Virus record (IMG/VR): IMGVR_UViG_3300005611_000010
Strand: one strand, 5' to 3'
DNA length: 64,000 bases
Source of the DNA: an uncultured virus (IMG/VR IMGVR_UViG_3300005611_000010)
Taxonomy: Duplodnaviria > Heunggongvirae > Uroviricota > Caudoviricetes
Below the pieces are notes generated by a model. The model made no database searches, was not told where the DNA came from, and worked only from the letters and a program-made list of their open reading frames with translations. The position numbers and the translations under genes were made by a program. This document shows positions 55,543-64,000 of this stretch, piece by piece (within the stretch, counting starts at the first letter, position 1; each line of letters opens with the position of its first letter).

Positions 55543-58500
55543 CTATACTGTTTCGTCCGTATCAATATCCAACATTATGTCAATGTCATCGGTATCGATT
55601 TCATCCCAATTAATTTCTTCTTCTACGTTTACGGTTTTGTCGACGGTTTCTACAACCACTTCAGGTTCGTCTTCTTCTTCAACAACCTGAACCAACGAAC
55701 CACCACCATACAATTTGAGCAACAAATCTTCAGCCGTTACTTTTCCTTCAAGCAAGTTTTTAACGTCCGTGTTTTGTTTCATAACATTTAAAACATTGCT
55801 TAACCTGTCTAAAACTACTTTTGGATTATAGGACACATATGTTTGATTTGTTCCAAAAGTTGTGTAATAACCTTCTTTGCCTCTAAATTCTTCAGGTAAA
55901 CTTTTGTATAAATCTTCTGTGAATTTCCGCACATCCAAACTATCGTCAGGATTTTCGTAGAATAAGGATGGTGTTTTTACAGACAGGTTAAATTGACGCA
56001 CAAAATCATTACTGCTGTTTTTCCTTGGTTTGGTAGAATATTCTTTGATATAATTTATGGCTTGAACATAAAAATCTTTTTGATAGTCTAAAAAGGAACT
56101 CATCTGAACTACAAAATCATCATCAAGTTCTACAAATAATGCTTGTATTAACCATTCTCTAAATCGAATATCCGTAGAAACATCTTCGTAGGTTGTTCCC
56201 AAATTCGTGTTTTCAATCAATTGATAGTATCCGAAAATTGGCAACAATTGGTCGATTAATTGCCATTTGTTAAAAAATCCTTTAAGTCGAGAAATGTTTT
56301 CAATCAATTGCAGATATATCGTTTTAATGTTAAATGCAAATTCATCATTTAAATTATCATCTTCAAAATTTGAGAATGACAGAATAAAATCATAATACCC
56401 ATAAAAAGAAGTTCCACTTACGTCGGTGCGATTAGAATATGAATAACTTAATTTTTCAAAAACATAATTTTTGTATGTGTATTTTGGAAATGTCAAATCT
56501 TTAGCGGAAGAAAAATTACTAACGAAAGCCACTCCATTTACATCTATAGAAAACTGTAATTTTTGAATATCATTTTCATCAATTAAAGCATTCAACTCGA
56601 TTTCAAAATTTTGTAACGCATTTTTTAATTGAATAAACTCATCAACAGTTAATAAATAATAATTATTATCGTTTATTGTAGGTCTATTTGGCGAAATAGA
56701 CTTAAAGATGTTATCGTATTGATTTTGTAAATCAATTAATGGCTTATGAATTATTGCAAATTCATTATCTTTTATCAATTCTTGAATGTTATATAAATAA
56801 CTATTCGTATCTATCCTTTGAAAATTGCCATTTACATCTTTGTATTCAACATTTATATTAAAATATTCTACTTCACATAAAACATAAAATATTGCATCAC
56901 TTGATGCTTTGATTTTTTTCTTCTTTGGTAAATTCCTTACATAGGTATTGACTGATTTATCAATTAACTCTATAAGTTTTGTGTATAAGGCAGGATTTTT
57001 ATCCTGAATTATTGCCAAATTTTGGTAATCAAAATATTCTAATATTTGCTTTTCAATTTCATCGTTGCTTGTTGTTGAAACAGAACCCGAAATCAAATTA
57101 TACAATTTCCAAGAATATTCCCAAGTATTAGGTCGAATCAGCGAATCAACTACATTTTCATTACCTGCACGCATTCTACTTTGGGGAAATATTACATCAG
57201 GCTTTCTTTCTTCAGTTTCTTTAGCAAATGTATATGGTATAAACATATACGGGTCTTCTACATCAATTACTTCTCGATTGTTAGCGTCAATATCATTTAG
57301 AGTAATAACATTTAACTTCTTTATTTGAGCCCTTGTTTTAATAGGAAACTGTGGACTTCCGATTGGTTTGTTTGCAATAGCATTTTCTCGGTCTTTTTTA
57401 GTCCCTGCTAATGGAAATTTTGCTATAGTCAAAAATTGGTCGTTTGAAGAATTTTCAAAAAACTTGTTTCCACCTTGGTAAACTTCGGGATGAAAAACCC
57501 ACAAGGCAACTTTAGTATTATAGGTTTTCTCCCTGAATATAACGAAGTTGTTTTTTATCAAACCATCAGTTTCGCTGTAAACAGGTATAACTATTTTACC
57601 TAAAACAATATTATATCCCTGTTTAGACGACATACCTGTTCCTATGGGAAACTCTGAATCTGTTTTTAGTTTCCAATCAGGATAAACTGCTTCGTTTTCG
57701 GATAATGTATAAACATTGGTTGGCTGATTAATTATAGTGTTGTTAAATATTTCCTGTACAAATGCAATGGCGTTTCTTTCCCAACGATAAGCATCGGGAT
57801 AATCGCGCGTCGGAATAGAAAAATAAAGTGCATCAGAGAATTTTTTACCTGATTGGAAAAATTTGTATTGAACCCCTATTTTTAAATCTGTTGGAACTTT
57901 ATTGTATTGATTAATACTGTTTGACTTTAAAGTATTCGTAAGGGGCGCATTCATTGCTTTTGGTATAAAGTCTTTTTCTGCGGCACTTTCTTCTTGTATG
58001 ACAGGTTCAATTTTTGTAAATATTTGCACAGCCCTTTGCGGGGGTGCAACTTCAAAAACAACAAGGTTTTTATTGCTTTCGAGCGGTACTTTTACGTTTT
58101 TTGGTACAAGCAACATTAACGGTTGTCCATCAAAATTGTCTTCAATATCCATAATTAAACCGTCGATATTTAACAAGTAAGGCTTGCTGAATATCATCGT
58201 TCCAAGGCTAACATCTGCATTTCCACAATACATATACGTTTCCTCTCCGTACATAACCATACTCCCCACTTGTGCAATTGAAGTTGTAGGTAATTCACCG
58301 TTTTGTGCTTGATTTAGTGATTTGACATCGGTTTTATCGTCAAGTTGAAATACTGCCGACTGCCAATTATCCGATAGTTTCCCTTTAAGGTCTATGGGTC
58401 TTTTAATCGCAAGTATTTTATCCTGTAAAACACGGGTAACGATAAAAAAATCACCATTTGATACGAAAACATCTTTCGCTTTAAATCTATATGAAATCAT
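55543..58500 (-). CDS. Large hypothetical protein (985 aa), AT-rich, acidic tail
   Basis: Long uninterrupted ORF; no motif recognised. Confidence 0.75.
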   Translation of the reverse strand: MISYRFKAKDVFVSNGDFFIVTRVLQDKILAIKRPIDLKGKLSDNWQSAVFQLDDKTDVKSLNQAQNGELPTTSIAQVGSMVMYGEETYMYCGNADVSLGTMIFSKPYLLNIDGLIMDIEDNFDGQPLMLLVPKNVKVPLESNKNLVVFEVAPPQRAVQIFTKIEPVIQEESAAEKDFIPKAMNAPLTNTLKSNSINQYNKVPTDLKIGVQYKFFQSGKKFSDALYFSIPTRDYPDAYRWERNAIAFVQEIFNNTIINQPTNVYTLSENEAVYPDWKLKTDSEFPIGTGMSSKQGYNIVLGKIVIPVYSETDGLIKNNFVIFREKTYNTKVALWVFHPEVYQGGNKFFENSSNDQFLTIAKFPLAGTKKDRENAIANKPIGSPQFPIKTRAQIKKLNVITLNDIDANNREVIDVEDPYMFIPYTFAKETEERKPDVIFPQSRMRAGNENVVDSLIRPNTWEYSWKLYNLISGSVSTTSNDEIEKQILEYFDYQNLAIIQDKNPALYTKLIELIDKSVNTYVRNLPKKKKIKASSDAIFYVLCEVEYFNINVEYKDVNGNFQRIDTNSYLYNIQELIKDNEFAIIHKPLIDLQNQYDNIFKSISPNRPTINDNNYYLLTVDEFIQLKNALQNFEIELNALIDENDIQKLQFSIDVNGVAFVSNFSSAKDLTFPKYTYKNYVFEKLSYSYSNRTDVSGTSFYGYYDFILSFSNFEDDNLNDEFAFNIKTIYLQLIENISRLKGFFNKWQLIDQLLPIFGYYQLIENTNLGTTYEDVSTDIRFREWLIQALFVELDDDFVVQMSSFLDYQKDFYVQAINYIKEYSTKPRKNSSNDFVRQFNLSVKTPSLFYENPDDSLDVRKFTEDLYKSLPEEFRGKEGYYTTFGTNQTYVSYNPKVVLDRLSNVLNVMKQNTDVKNLLEGKVTAEDLLLKLYGGGSLVQVVEEEDEPEVVVETVDKTVNVEEEINWDEIDTDDIDIMLDIDTDETV

Positions 58501-58802
58501 TAGTTAAATATCACACCTCCTAATGCGTAATTAGCATTTTCTAAACTTGAAACGAACTCAAGACGTGCAGTTTTATCGGGGATAACCTCTTGCAACAATT
58601 GGGTTTTTCCGTTCGATACCAATACCCAATCGTCAACCGTTTCAAATACACCTGACTTTTTGGTTGTATATTGTTTATGCACGACTTTTTCCCGCTGTTG
58701 GGGAACTGAATATACATCAAACTTATGCAGTTTAAAATTTGGATTATCCTGCATATTCTGAAGCATTTTTAGCATATTGTCAATTTTGTCTTCGTTCGTC
58801 AT
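58500..58802 (-). CDS. Hypothetical protein ending in YALGGVIFN
   Basis: 100-aa coupled ORF. Confidence 0.65.
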   Translation of the reverse strand: MTNEDKIDNMLKMLQNMQDNPNFKLHKFDVYSVPQQREKVVHKQYTTKKSGVFETVDDWVLVSNGKTQLLQEVIPDKTARLEFVSSLENANYALGGVIFN

Positions 58803-60358
58803 TTTCTCAAAATTTCGTTTAGGGTTTCAAGTATTTCTTCCCTTTGTTCGTCCATATCCTTTGCTATTTTTGGGTCAGTAACAAATTCGGGTTTATCAAC
58901 CATACTTGAGTCAACTGTTACAAGGTTGTCCAAAACCGTTTGCAATAAATATTTACGTATATATTCTTTTTTATCAGGATTATTCTTTTGCCGTTCCTGT
59001 TCCCTTTGATAAATTGTTCCAAGCGTTTTTCTTGGATTCTTGGAAAACATCAGCGACACATAATCCCCAATACGGTAAATTTCATTTGTTATTTTTTCAA
59101 TACTGTTCGGGTCGCTGATTTTGTCTGCTCCTGAAATATTACCCACACCTCCCAATATCATTAACCTTGGGTCATTTACTTTAGAAGTTTTAACTGCGTT
59201 CTGACTTGTATTTAAAGCCCAATTTTTCGCCATATTGAAAGCAGGAATAAGCGCATCATATTCTGTTGCTCCTGTACCCGTTCTGCCATAAAGCGTAGAG
59301 CCATAACCCGTAATATCAATACCATCAATTTTTTGTGCTAATGCAGGAACAAGGTTCCAAAGATTCACCCTGAAAAATCTTTTGTCTGAAGTAAAAGCGG
59401 CTATTTGGTTTATATCCAAATTTTCTCCGTAGTCTTTAATAACAAATGAGTAGTCTACAATGTATCTGCTTACCGTATATGCTCTTTTTGCATAAATGCG
59501 TGTTTTAATCCCTGCTTCATTCAAAAATTGGCTTATAATGAGTAACGGCAAGTTTTTAACCAACATTGATTCAGTAGTCATATCTGCTAATCCACCTACG
59601 ACCATAAACAAATCAACAAATGGTTGTAATCCACCACCCATTTTTTCGCGGTACATATAAACTTTTTTTGTAGTAGTTGTGAATCGTAGTCTTGACTTTT
59701 TGCCTGTTTCGGCATCCACTTTACCACAGCCTATGTAGGGTTGATTGTTCTGATAAGGCAGAAACATTTTTGCCTTGCTGTCATATTTAACAACTATGTC
59801 AGGACAATTCTTTTCAACCAAATAAGTACCTTCTTGCTGTATTCTTACGGGACTTTCATTTCCGTCTTCATCATAAAAGAAAAAATTAGTCAAGCCATTG
59901 AAAGAAGTTGACCGAACCTTTTCGGGTTCTATTACTTTTTTGACAGCCGTTCCATAATACTCAATTGGTCGAAATAGACCTTTTGAAGCCATACCAAAAT
60001 TAAAAACCCCCTGTGGTATTGATGTAAATTTCAGTCTTGACTTTTCCAAGTTTCCACCGAAATCAATCTTCTGTGTAATGTCCGCAAAGCCATTAATTGC
60101 CCTTTGCAGTAAATCAGGGTCGCTAAATTTAGTTACAGCGTCATAGGAATATTGCTCTTCAATTGTTTTAGAACTCTGTGGATTATAACCGTAAAAATCA
60201 GGAGTGCTTCGTATATCATTTTTTGATGTACCTTTACCATAAGCATCAAATCCTGTTTGGGCAATATAATCTTCTGCCTCCCTCATAAACTTGGAAGGAG
60301 AAGACCAAATTCCGACTTTTAGTCTGTCTGCTATGTCCCTATATTGAAATATTGACAT
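58799..60358 (-). CDS. Probable partner of the MoxR ATPase (degenerate vWA-like?)
   Basis: Directly downstream of the AAA gene; beta-alpha segment VDLFMVVGG...LNEAGIKTRIYA; no canonical MIDAS seen. Confidence 0.45.
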   Translation of the reverse strand: MSIFQYRDIADRLKVGIWSSPSKFMREAEDYIAQTGFDAYGKGTSKNDIRSTPDFYGYNPQSSKTIEEQYSYDAVTKFSDPDLLQRAINGFADITQKIDFGGNLEKSRLKFTSIPQGVFNFGMASKGLFRPIEYYGTAVKKVIEPEKVRSTSFNGLTNFFFYDEDGNESPVRIQQEGTYLVEKNCPDIVVKYDSKAKMFLPYQNNQPYIGCGKVDAETGKKSRLRFTTTTKKVYMYREKMGGGLQPFVDLFMVVGGLADMTTESMLVKNLPLLIISQFLNEAGIKTRIYAKRAYTVSRYIVDYSFVIKDYGENLDINQIAAFTSDKRFFRVNLWNLVPALAQKIDGIDITGYGSTLYGRTGTGATEYDALIPAFNMAKNWALNTSQNAVKTSKVNDPRLMILGGVGNISGADKISDPNSIEKITNEIYRIGDYVSLMFSKNPRKTLGTIYQREQERQKNNPDKKEYIRKYLLQTVLDNLVTVDSSMVDKPEFVTDPKIAKDMDEQREEILETLNEILRK

Positions 60359-61731
60359 TAAAGTTCGCTCTTACGTTGATTTTCGTAATTTTCAATAATT
60401 TGATTTGCTACCAAATCTTCCTCATCTGTTGGGGGAGCATCAGCGGGTTCAGCAAGTTTTCTATTGACAATCTTGTAGAATTCATTTACATCGACTGCTT
60501 GACTAATAACACTTTGTTGTGTTTCAGTAAATAGCGACATAAAGGATTCTGTAGCAATTTGTAAAGTCTTTGGACGTGGTATTGGATTTGCCTCTACCAT
60601 ATTAATACGTTCAGCGATGTATGTATCCCTGAATGAAATCATAAGTCGGGTCGATACAAATGCTCTTCCTGTAAATTCGTTTTTCGCAATTACATCACGC
60701 AATTGAGCCAAGAAATTGAAAATGAAAGTAAAGTCCATAGTGGTATTCAAACGCTTGACCAAAATGTTCTTCATAATCGTATTTAACTCAAAACGATAAT
60801 CTATATAAATTTGATAGCAACTGCCCGCAAAACGGTCTTGAAGCGACAAGTCTTGCTTAAAGTTTGCTTCGTAATCTTTATCCGCCTCGTTCAACAAACT
60901 ATTACCTGTACCGATAATGAAAATATTCTTCATTTCAATCTGCTCACCACGACCATTAAGAATAATTGGCTTCATTAACCGCTCTTCTCCTGTGGCACAA
61001 TCACGCACTACTTCGGAATTATCTTTAACTTTAGAAAGAGCATCATTCAATATACCTGCTGTGTTTGGGTCAAGTTTAGGCAACTCATCCAAAAGCAAAA
61101 GGGCTCCGCTGTAAGGTTTACACGTTCTTGGATTAATACCCAAGTCAATATTACCCCAAGCCTCTGTAAGTCTACCTTCTTGATAACCTTCGATGGTTTG
61201 ACCACCTACAATGTCCAAAGGCGATGTAAATTGATTACAGTTCAAAGTAATAAGTTTGTAGTTCAGGGCTCTTGCAATTATTCCTGCCATAAAAGTTTTA
61301 CCCGTACCCGCTCCACCATACAAATAAGCATTGTTTCCTGCTTCTACATCGGAAAGCAAAACATCAAATAATCGACGTTGCTCTCCACCCTTAAAGGTCA
61401 TTGAAACACCCTCAAAGTTTACCACCTGTACCGATGAGGTTTTGCTAATTTGCTCCTTAACACCTTCAGAAAGTTGGTCGACTCCGACCTTGAACTTTTT
61501 TAAGCGTTGGGTTATAAGTTTGTTGGCTTCGGTTTCATCAAAGCCACCTGCGCCCGTAGCCCCTGCGGAAGTACGGATTAGGTCGTTAATTTCGTTAACA
61601 ACATCAGCAAAGTCTTTATCAACAGATATTTTTTCACGCTCCCTGATTTTATCAAGTTCTTGCTTTGCTATGTCAGCAATTACAGGGTCGCTACTTGATG
61701 CTAATGTTTGCAATTCTTCTAAAGTTGCCAT
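60358..61731 (-). CDS. MoxR/CbbQ/CobS-like AAA+ ATPase
   Basis: YLYGGAGTGKT, LLLLDELPK, IIGTGN, QDLSLQDRF, VSTRLM. Confidence 0.85.
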   Translation of the reverse strand: MATLEELQTLASSSDPVIADIAKQELDKIREREKISVDKDFADVVNEINDLIRTSAGATGAGGFDETEANKLITQRLKKFKVGVDQLSEGVKEQISKTSSVQVVNFEGVSMTFKGGEQRRLFDVLLSDVEAGNNAYLYGGAGTGKTFMAGIIARALNYKLITLNCNQFTSPLDIVGGQTIEGYQEGRLTEAWGNIDLGINPRTCKPYSGALLLLDELPKLDPNTAGILNDALSKVKDNSEVVRDCATGEERLMKPIILNGRGEQIEMKNIFIIGTGNSLLNEADKDYEANFKQDLSLQDRFAGSCYQIYIDYRFELNTIMKNILVKRLNTTMDFTFIFNFLAQLRDVIAKNEFTGRAFVSTRLMISFRDTYIAERINMVEANPIPRPKTLQIATESFMSLFTETQQSVISQAVDVNEFYKIVNRKLAEPADAPPTDEEDLVANQIIENYENQRKSEL

Positions 61732-61736
61732 TTATA

Positions 61737-63389
61737 TTAATTTTTAAAAATGCTTGTTTGTTTTGTAAAATAATTATATACCTCCAAAGTCAATAAATAT
61801 TCATTGACTACTATTGCTAAATCTTCAAAGGTTTTTGAAGCGTCGTTCAAATTTTTAATCTTGTTAAAATACTTTTCTACAGAACTTAATTCCCCAAGAC
61901 CTGAAAAGTTAAAATACTCTGCGACTTCAGCCTCAAATAGTCGTTTTTGCGATTTTATGAAATTATCAGAATCCTTAAAACCAATTATGGCTTTTTTATT
62001 TGTTGTGTCAATCATACTAACCGAATCAACCAAATCTTTTAAATCAGAATACCCATCTACATCTATTTTCCGAAGTGTTACATTCAAATTTTCATAACTT
62101 TCAACACCAAGGCGTATAATAAGGTCTTGCTTGGACATATATAATTTCATAAATCTATTTTTTGCCCTTGCATAAGCATATTCAGCCGCACAATTTTTCC
62201 AAGCATTCACTTTGATTGCAACAATCCTTTTACTTTCATTCATTACCCCTTTGGCTGTTTGGGATGAACCCATAAGTTTCCTATTCTCTACTTGTGACTG
62301 TATTTCATATAGAAAGGGCAGTATATTTTCTTCGTATCTTTTGTTTAAATAGTACGGAAGTTGAAATTGGCTTTCACACGGTTGGTCTTCAAGCATTTCT
62401 TTGGTGCGCTCTGCTTCTTTTTGTAGGTTTTCGTAAGTTTCTTTTTCTTCGGGTTCGGTAGCGTCTTCTGCGGCTTCTTTGGCACGCTCGGCTATTTCAT
62501 CAAGTTCGTCTTTACGCTTTTCGTTTGGTGACTTTTTAGGCTCTTTTTTGCCCTCTTCTTCACCTTCGCCTTCGCCTTCGCCTTCACTTTCGCCTTCGCC
62601 TTCGCCTTCGCCTTCGCCTTCACCTTCACCTTCGCCTTCACCTTCGCCTTCACCTTCACCTTCACCTTCGCCTTCACCTTCACCTTCACCTTCGCCTTCA
62701 CCTTCACCTTCACCTTCGCCTTCGCCTTCACCTTCGCCTTCACCTTCACCTTCGCCTTCGCCTTCGCCTTCGCCTTCACCTTCACCTTCGCCTTTTCCTT
62801 TACCTTTTCCTTTGCCTTTGCCTTTTCCTTCGCCCTCGCCTTCACCGTCGCCTTCACCTGCTTCGCCTTCTCCTTGGTCTTGACCTGTTCCTTTGCCGTC
62901 GCCTTGGTCTTTTCCACCCATACTTCGACCTTCGGAATCCATTTCTTTTTGGCTATTGTAAATGTCGTCGTTTTCGTCTTTGATTACATTTGGATTTATG
63001 CGACCATCAAACTCTTCATCTGTCGGTTTTGCGTTTGTTAAATCCAAGTCCCCTGTATCAATATCTTTCAAGTCATTTAAAATATCTGACAAGTCTTGAT
63101 TTTCGTTTTGCTGAATTTTATCAAGTATTTTTTGAACAGATTCATCTACGTCTTTATCACTCTCTTCGACATCGCCCTCTTCATCTTGAACTAATATAAG
63201 GTCTTCAGCCCTTTTAGATGCAATGTATTTGGGGTAAGCAGTTCTTGCCTCTGCAATTTGTTCAGGTGACAAGTCCAACGTCATTAACAATGCGTCGAAA
63301 GCCCTTTGGGTAGGAACGACGTTTTTAAACATCTCCCGATTGTATCCCAATTGGTCTGCTATATTGTCAATTATTTCGTTTGCGGTCAT
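61737..63389 (-). CDS. Acidic protein with long (GE)n tract
   Basis: 550 aa; GE/GK dipeptide repeat. Confidence 0.8.
   Translation of the reverse strand: MTANEIIDNIADQLGYNREMFKNVVPTQRAFDALLMTLDLSPEQIAEARTAYPKYIASKRAEDLILVQDEEGDVEESDKDVDESVQKILDKIQQNENQDLSDILNDLKDIDTGDLDLTNAKPTDEEFDGRINPNVIKDENDDIYNSQKEMDSEGRSMGGKDQGDGKGTGQDQGEGEAGEGDGEGEGEGKGKGKGKGKGKGEGEGEGEGEGEGEGEGEGEGEGEGEGEGEGEGEGEGEGEGEGEGEGEGEGEGEGEGEGEGEGEGEGESEGEGEGEGEEEGKKEPKKSPNEKRKDELDEIAERAKEAAEDATEPEEKETYENLQKEAERTKEMLEDQPCESQFQLPYYLNKRYEENILPFLYEIQSQVENRKLMGSSQTAKGVMNESKRIVAIKVNAWKNCAAEYAYARAKNRFMKLYMSKQDLIIRLGVESYENLNVTLRKIDVDGYSDLKDLVDSVSMIDTTNKKAIIGFKDSDNFIKSQKRLFEAEVAEYFNFSGLGELSSVEKYFNKIKNLNDASKTFEDLAIVVNEYLLTLEVYNYFTKQTSIFKN
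62560..62860 (-). repeat. Hexanucleotide repeat (GGYGAA)n encoding Gly-Glu
   Basis: CCTTCG/CCTTCA tandem array on the plus strand. Confidence 0.95.
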
Positions 63390-64000
63390 ATTAAAATCCC
63401 TCCTTCTTCAAATCTGAAGTCATCCATAAATGAATTAAACGCTGTTTGATTTGGAAACTTTATTTGATTACTTCTAAAAATTGCAAATGCTTTAGTTGTA
63501 TGTTGTTTCCCGTTTATAATGTGGCTTGGATTGTTTTCCTCATACATAAATCCATCGAACACTCCTTGGTCACGAATGTATTTCACCCAAGGATTGAACT
63601 GTCGAATCAACTGCCACGCACGAATCTTAATTCCAAAGGGCTCGTTCTTTTTCAACATTGCCTTAAATTTGCTTGGTAAGAAAGCGCGTAGGTTTGTTTG
63701 CGGGTACAATGCAATTACATAACGTATTGCTGTTCCCAAATCAATTTCTCTATATCCTAATGGCATTAAGTCAATAGGGTTTCTGCAATTGACATAAGCG
63801 CGAAGTATTACTGCATCTTTTTCATCTGCGGCAAATGCATTTTCTGCAAACCATTTAGCATATTCAAAATTTTGTGCCCAATAAAAAACAGAAACCTGTT
63901 CTATGGGTCTATAAGTTGTTTGATATTGTCGTCCACCGTGAAAATAAATTTCAGGGAACCCATTTTCATCAACCGCCTTTGAAACATTTACATAGTTTTT
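63386..64000 (-). CDS. ADP-ribosyltransferase-like domain of a polyvalent protein (partial; 5' end outside window)
   Basis: Frame is open to the edge: SKAVDENGFPEIYFHG...FYWAQNFEYAKWF...AYVNCRNPIDL...GVFDGFM...AIFRSNQIKF. Confidence 0.75.
   Translation of the reverse strand, partial: KNYVNVSKAVDENGFPEIYFHGGRQYQTTYRPIEQVSVFYWAQNFEYAKWFAENAFAADEKDAVILRAYVNCRNPIDLMPLGYREIDLGTAIRYVIALYPQTNLRAFLPSKFKAMLKKNEPFGIKIRAWQLIRQFNPWVKYIRDQGVFDGFMYEENNPSHIINGKQHTTKAFAIFRSNQIKFPNQTAFNSFMDDFRFEEGGILI

Larger units (their letters stand above)
1..64000. mobile_element. Segment of a large bacterial virus genome, probably tailless and membrane-containing; likely Bacteroidota host
   Basis: Dense co-oriented ORFs with overlapping stop/start codons; packaging-type ATPase, RecT, RusA, amidase, S74 fibre; no cellular housekeeping genes; no terminase/portal/tail-tube motifs recognised. 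Confidence 0.85.

Noticed and set aside
62479..62917. (SP)n and (KAKV)n ORFs
   Set aside because: Alternate frames of the GE hexamer repeat inside 61737-63389
1..64000. tRNA, rRNA, integrase, transposase, reverse transcriptase/DGR
   Set aside because: No such motifs recognised by eye; a tRNAscan/HMM search would be needed to exclude them fully

Overview
The whole window appears to be part of one large lytic virus genome, with no host housekeeping genes, integrase, rRNA or tRNA. Repeated TAnnTTTG promoter boxes and AT-rich, Shine-Dalgarno-less starts point to a Bacteroidota host (inference). No terminase, portal, HK97 capsid, tape-measure or tail-tube gene is recognisable. Instead there is an A32/FtsK-HerA-type packaging ATPase (44771-45589), a candidate beta-rich major capsid gene (43726-44421) with its own promoter and terminator and a distant paralog (12589-13038), and about 30 small single-pass membrane proteins. 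This is the architecture of a tailless, internal-membrane virus, but in a genome of at least 64 kb. Layout: (i) 1-4.3 kb, minus strand: non-coding promoter/hairpin units, a Gly-Thr-Ser fibre, a muramidase and two SGNH esterases. (ii) 4.4-12.1 kb, plus strand, early/replication block: a 248-aa PolB-palm-like protein, a Cas4/RecB-like nuclease, RecT and a methyltransferase-glycosyltransferase. (iii) 12.2-51.5 kb, minus strand, structural/lysis block: a 4057-aa Gly-X-Ser fibre with an S74 chaperone, next to a TibC/Aah-like O-heptosyltransferase and other glycosyltransferases. (iv) 51.5-64 kb: polyvalent/host-takeover genes (RelA/SpoT-type synthetase, a protein punctuated by [MYL]AxGG motifs, a MoxR AAA+ module, an ADP-ribosyltransferase). 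Two short motifs recur across unrelated proteins (F-x-[GN]-[AF]-[DE]-G and [MYFL]-x-x-G-G) and may be processing or packaging signals. All family assignments come from motif recognition by eye; no database search was run.
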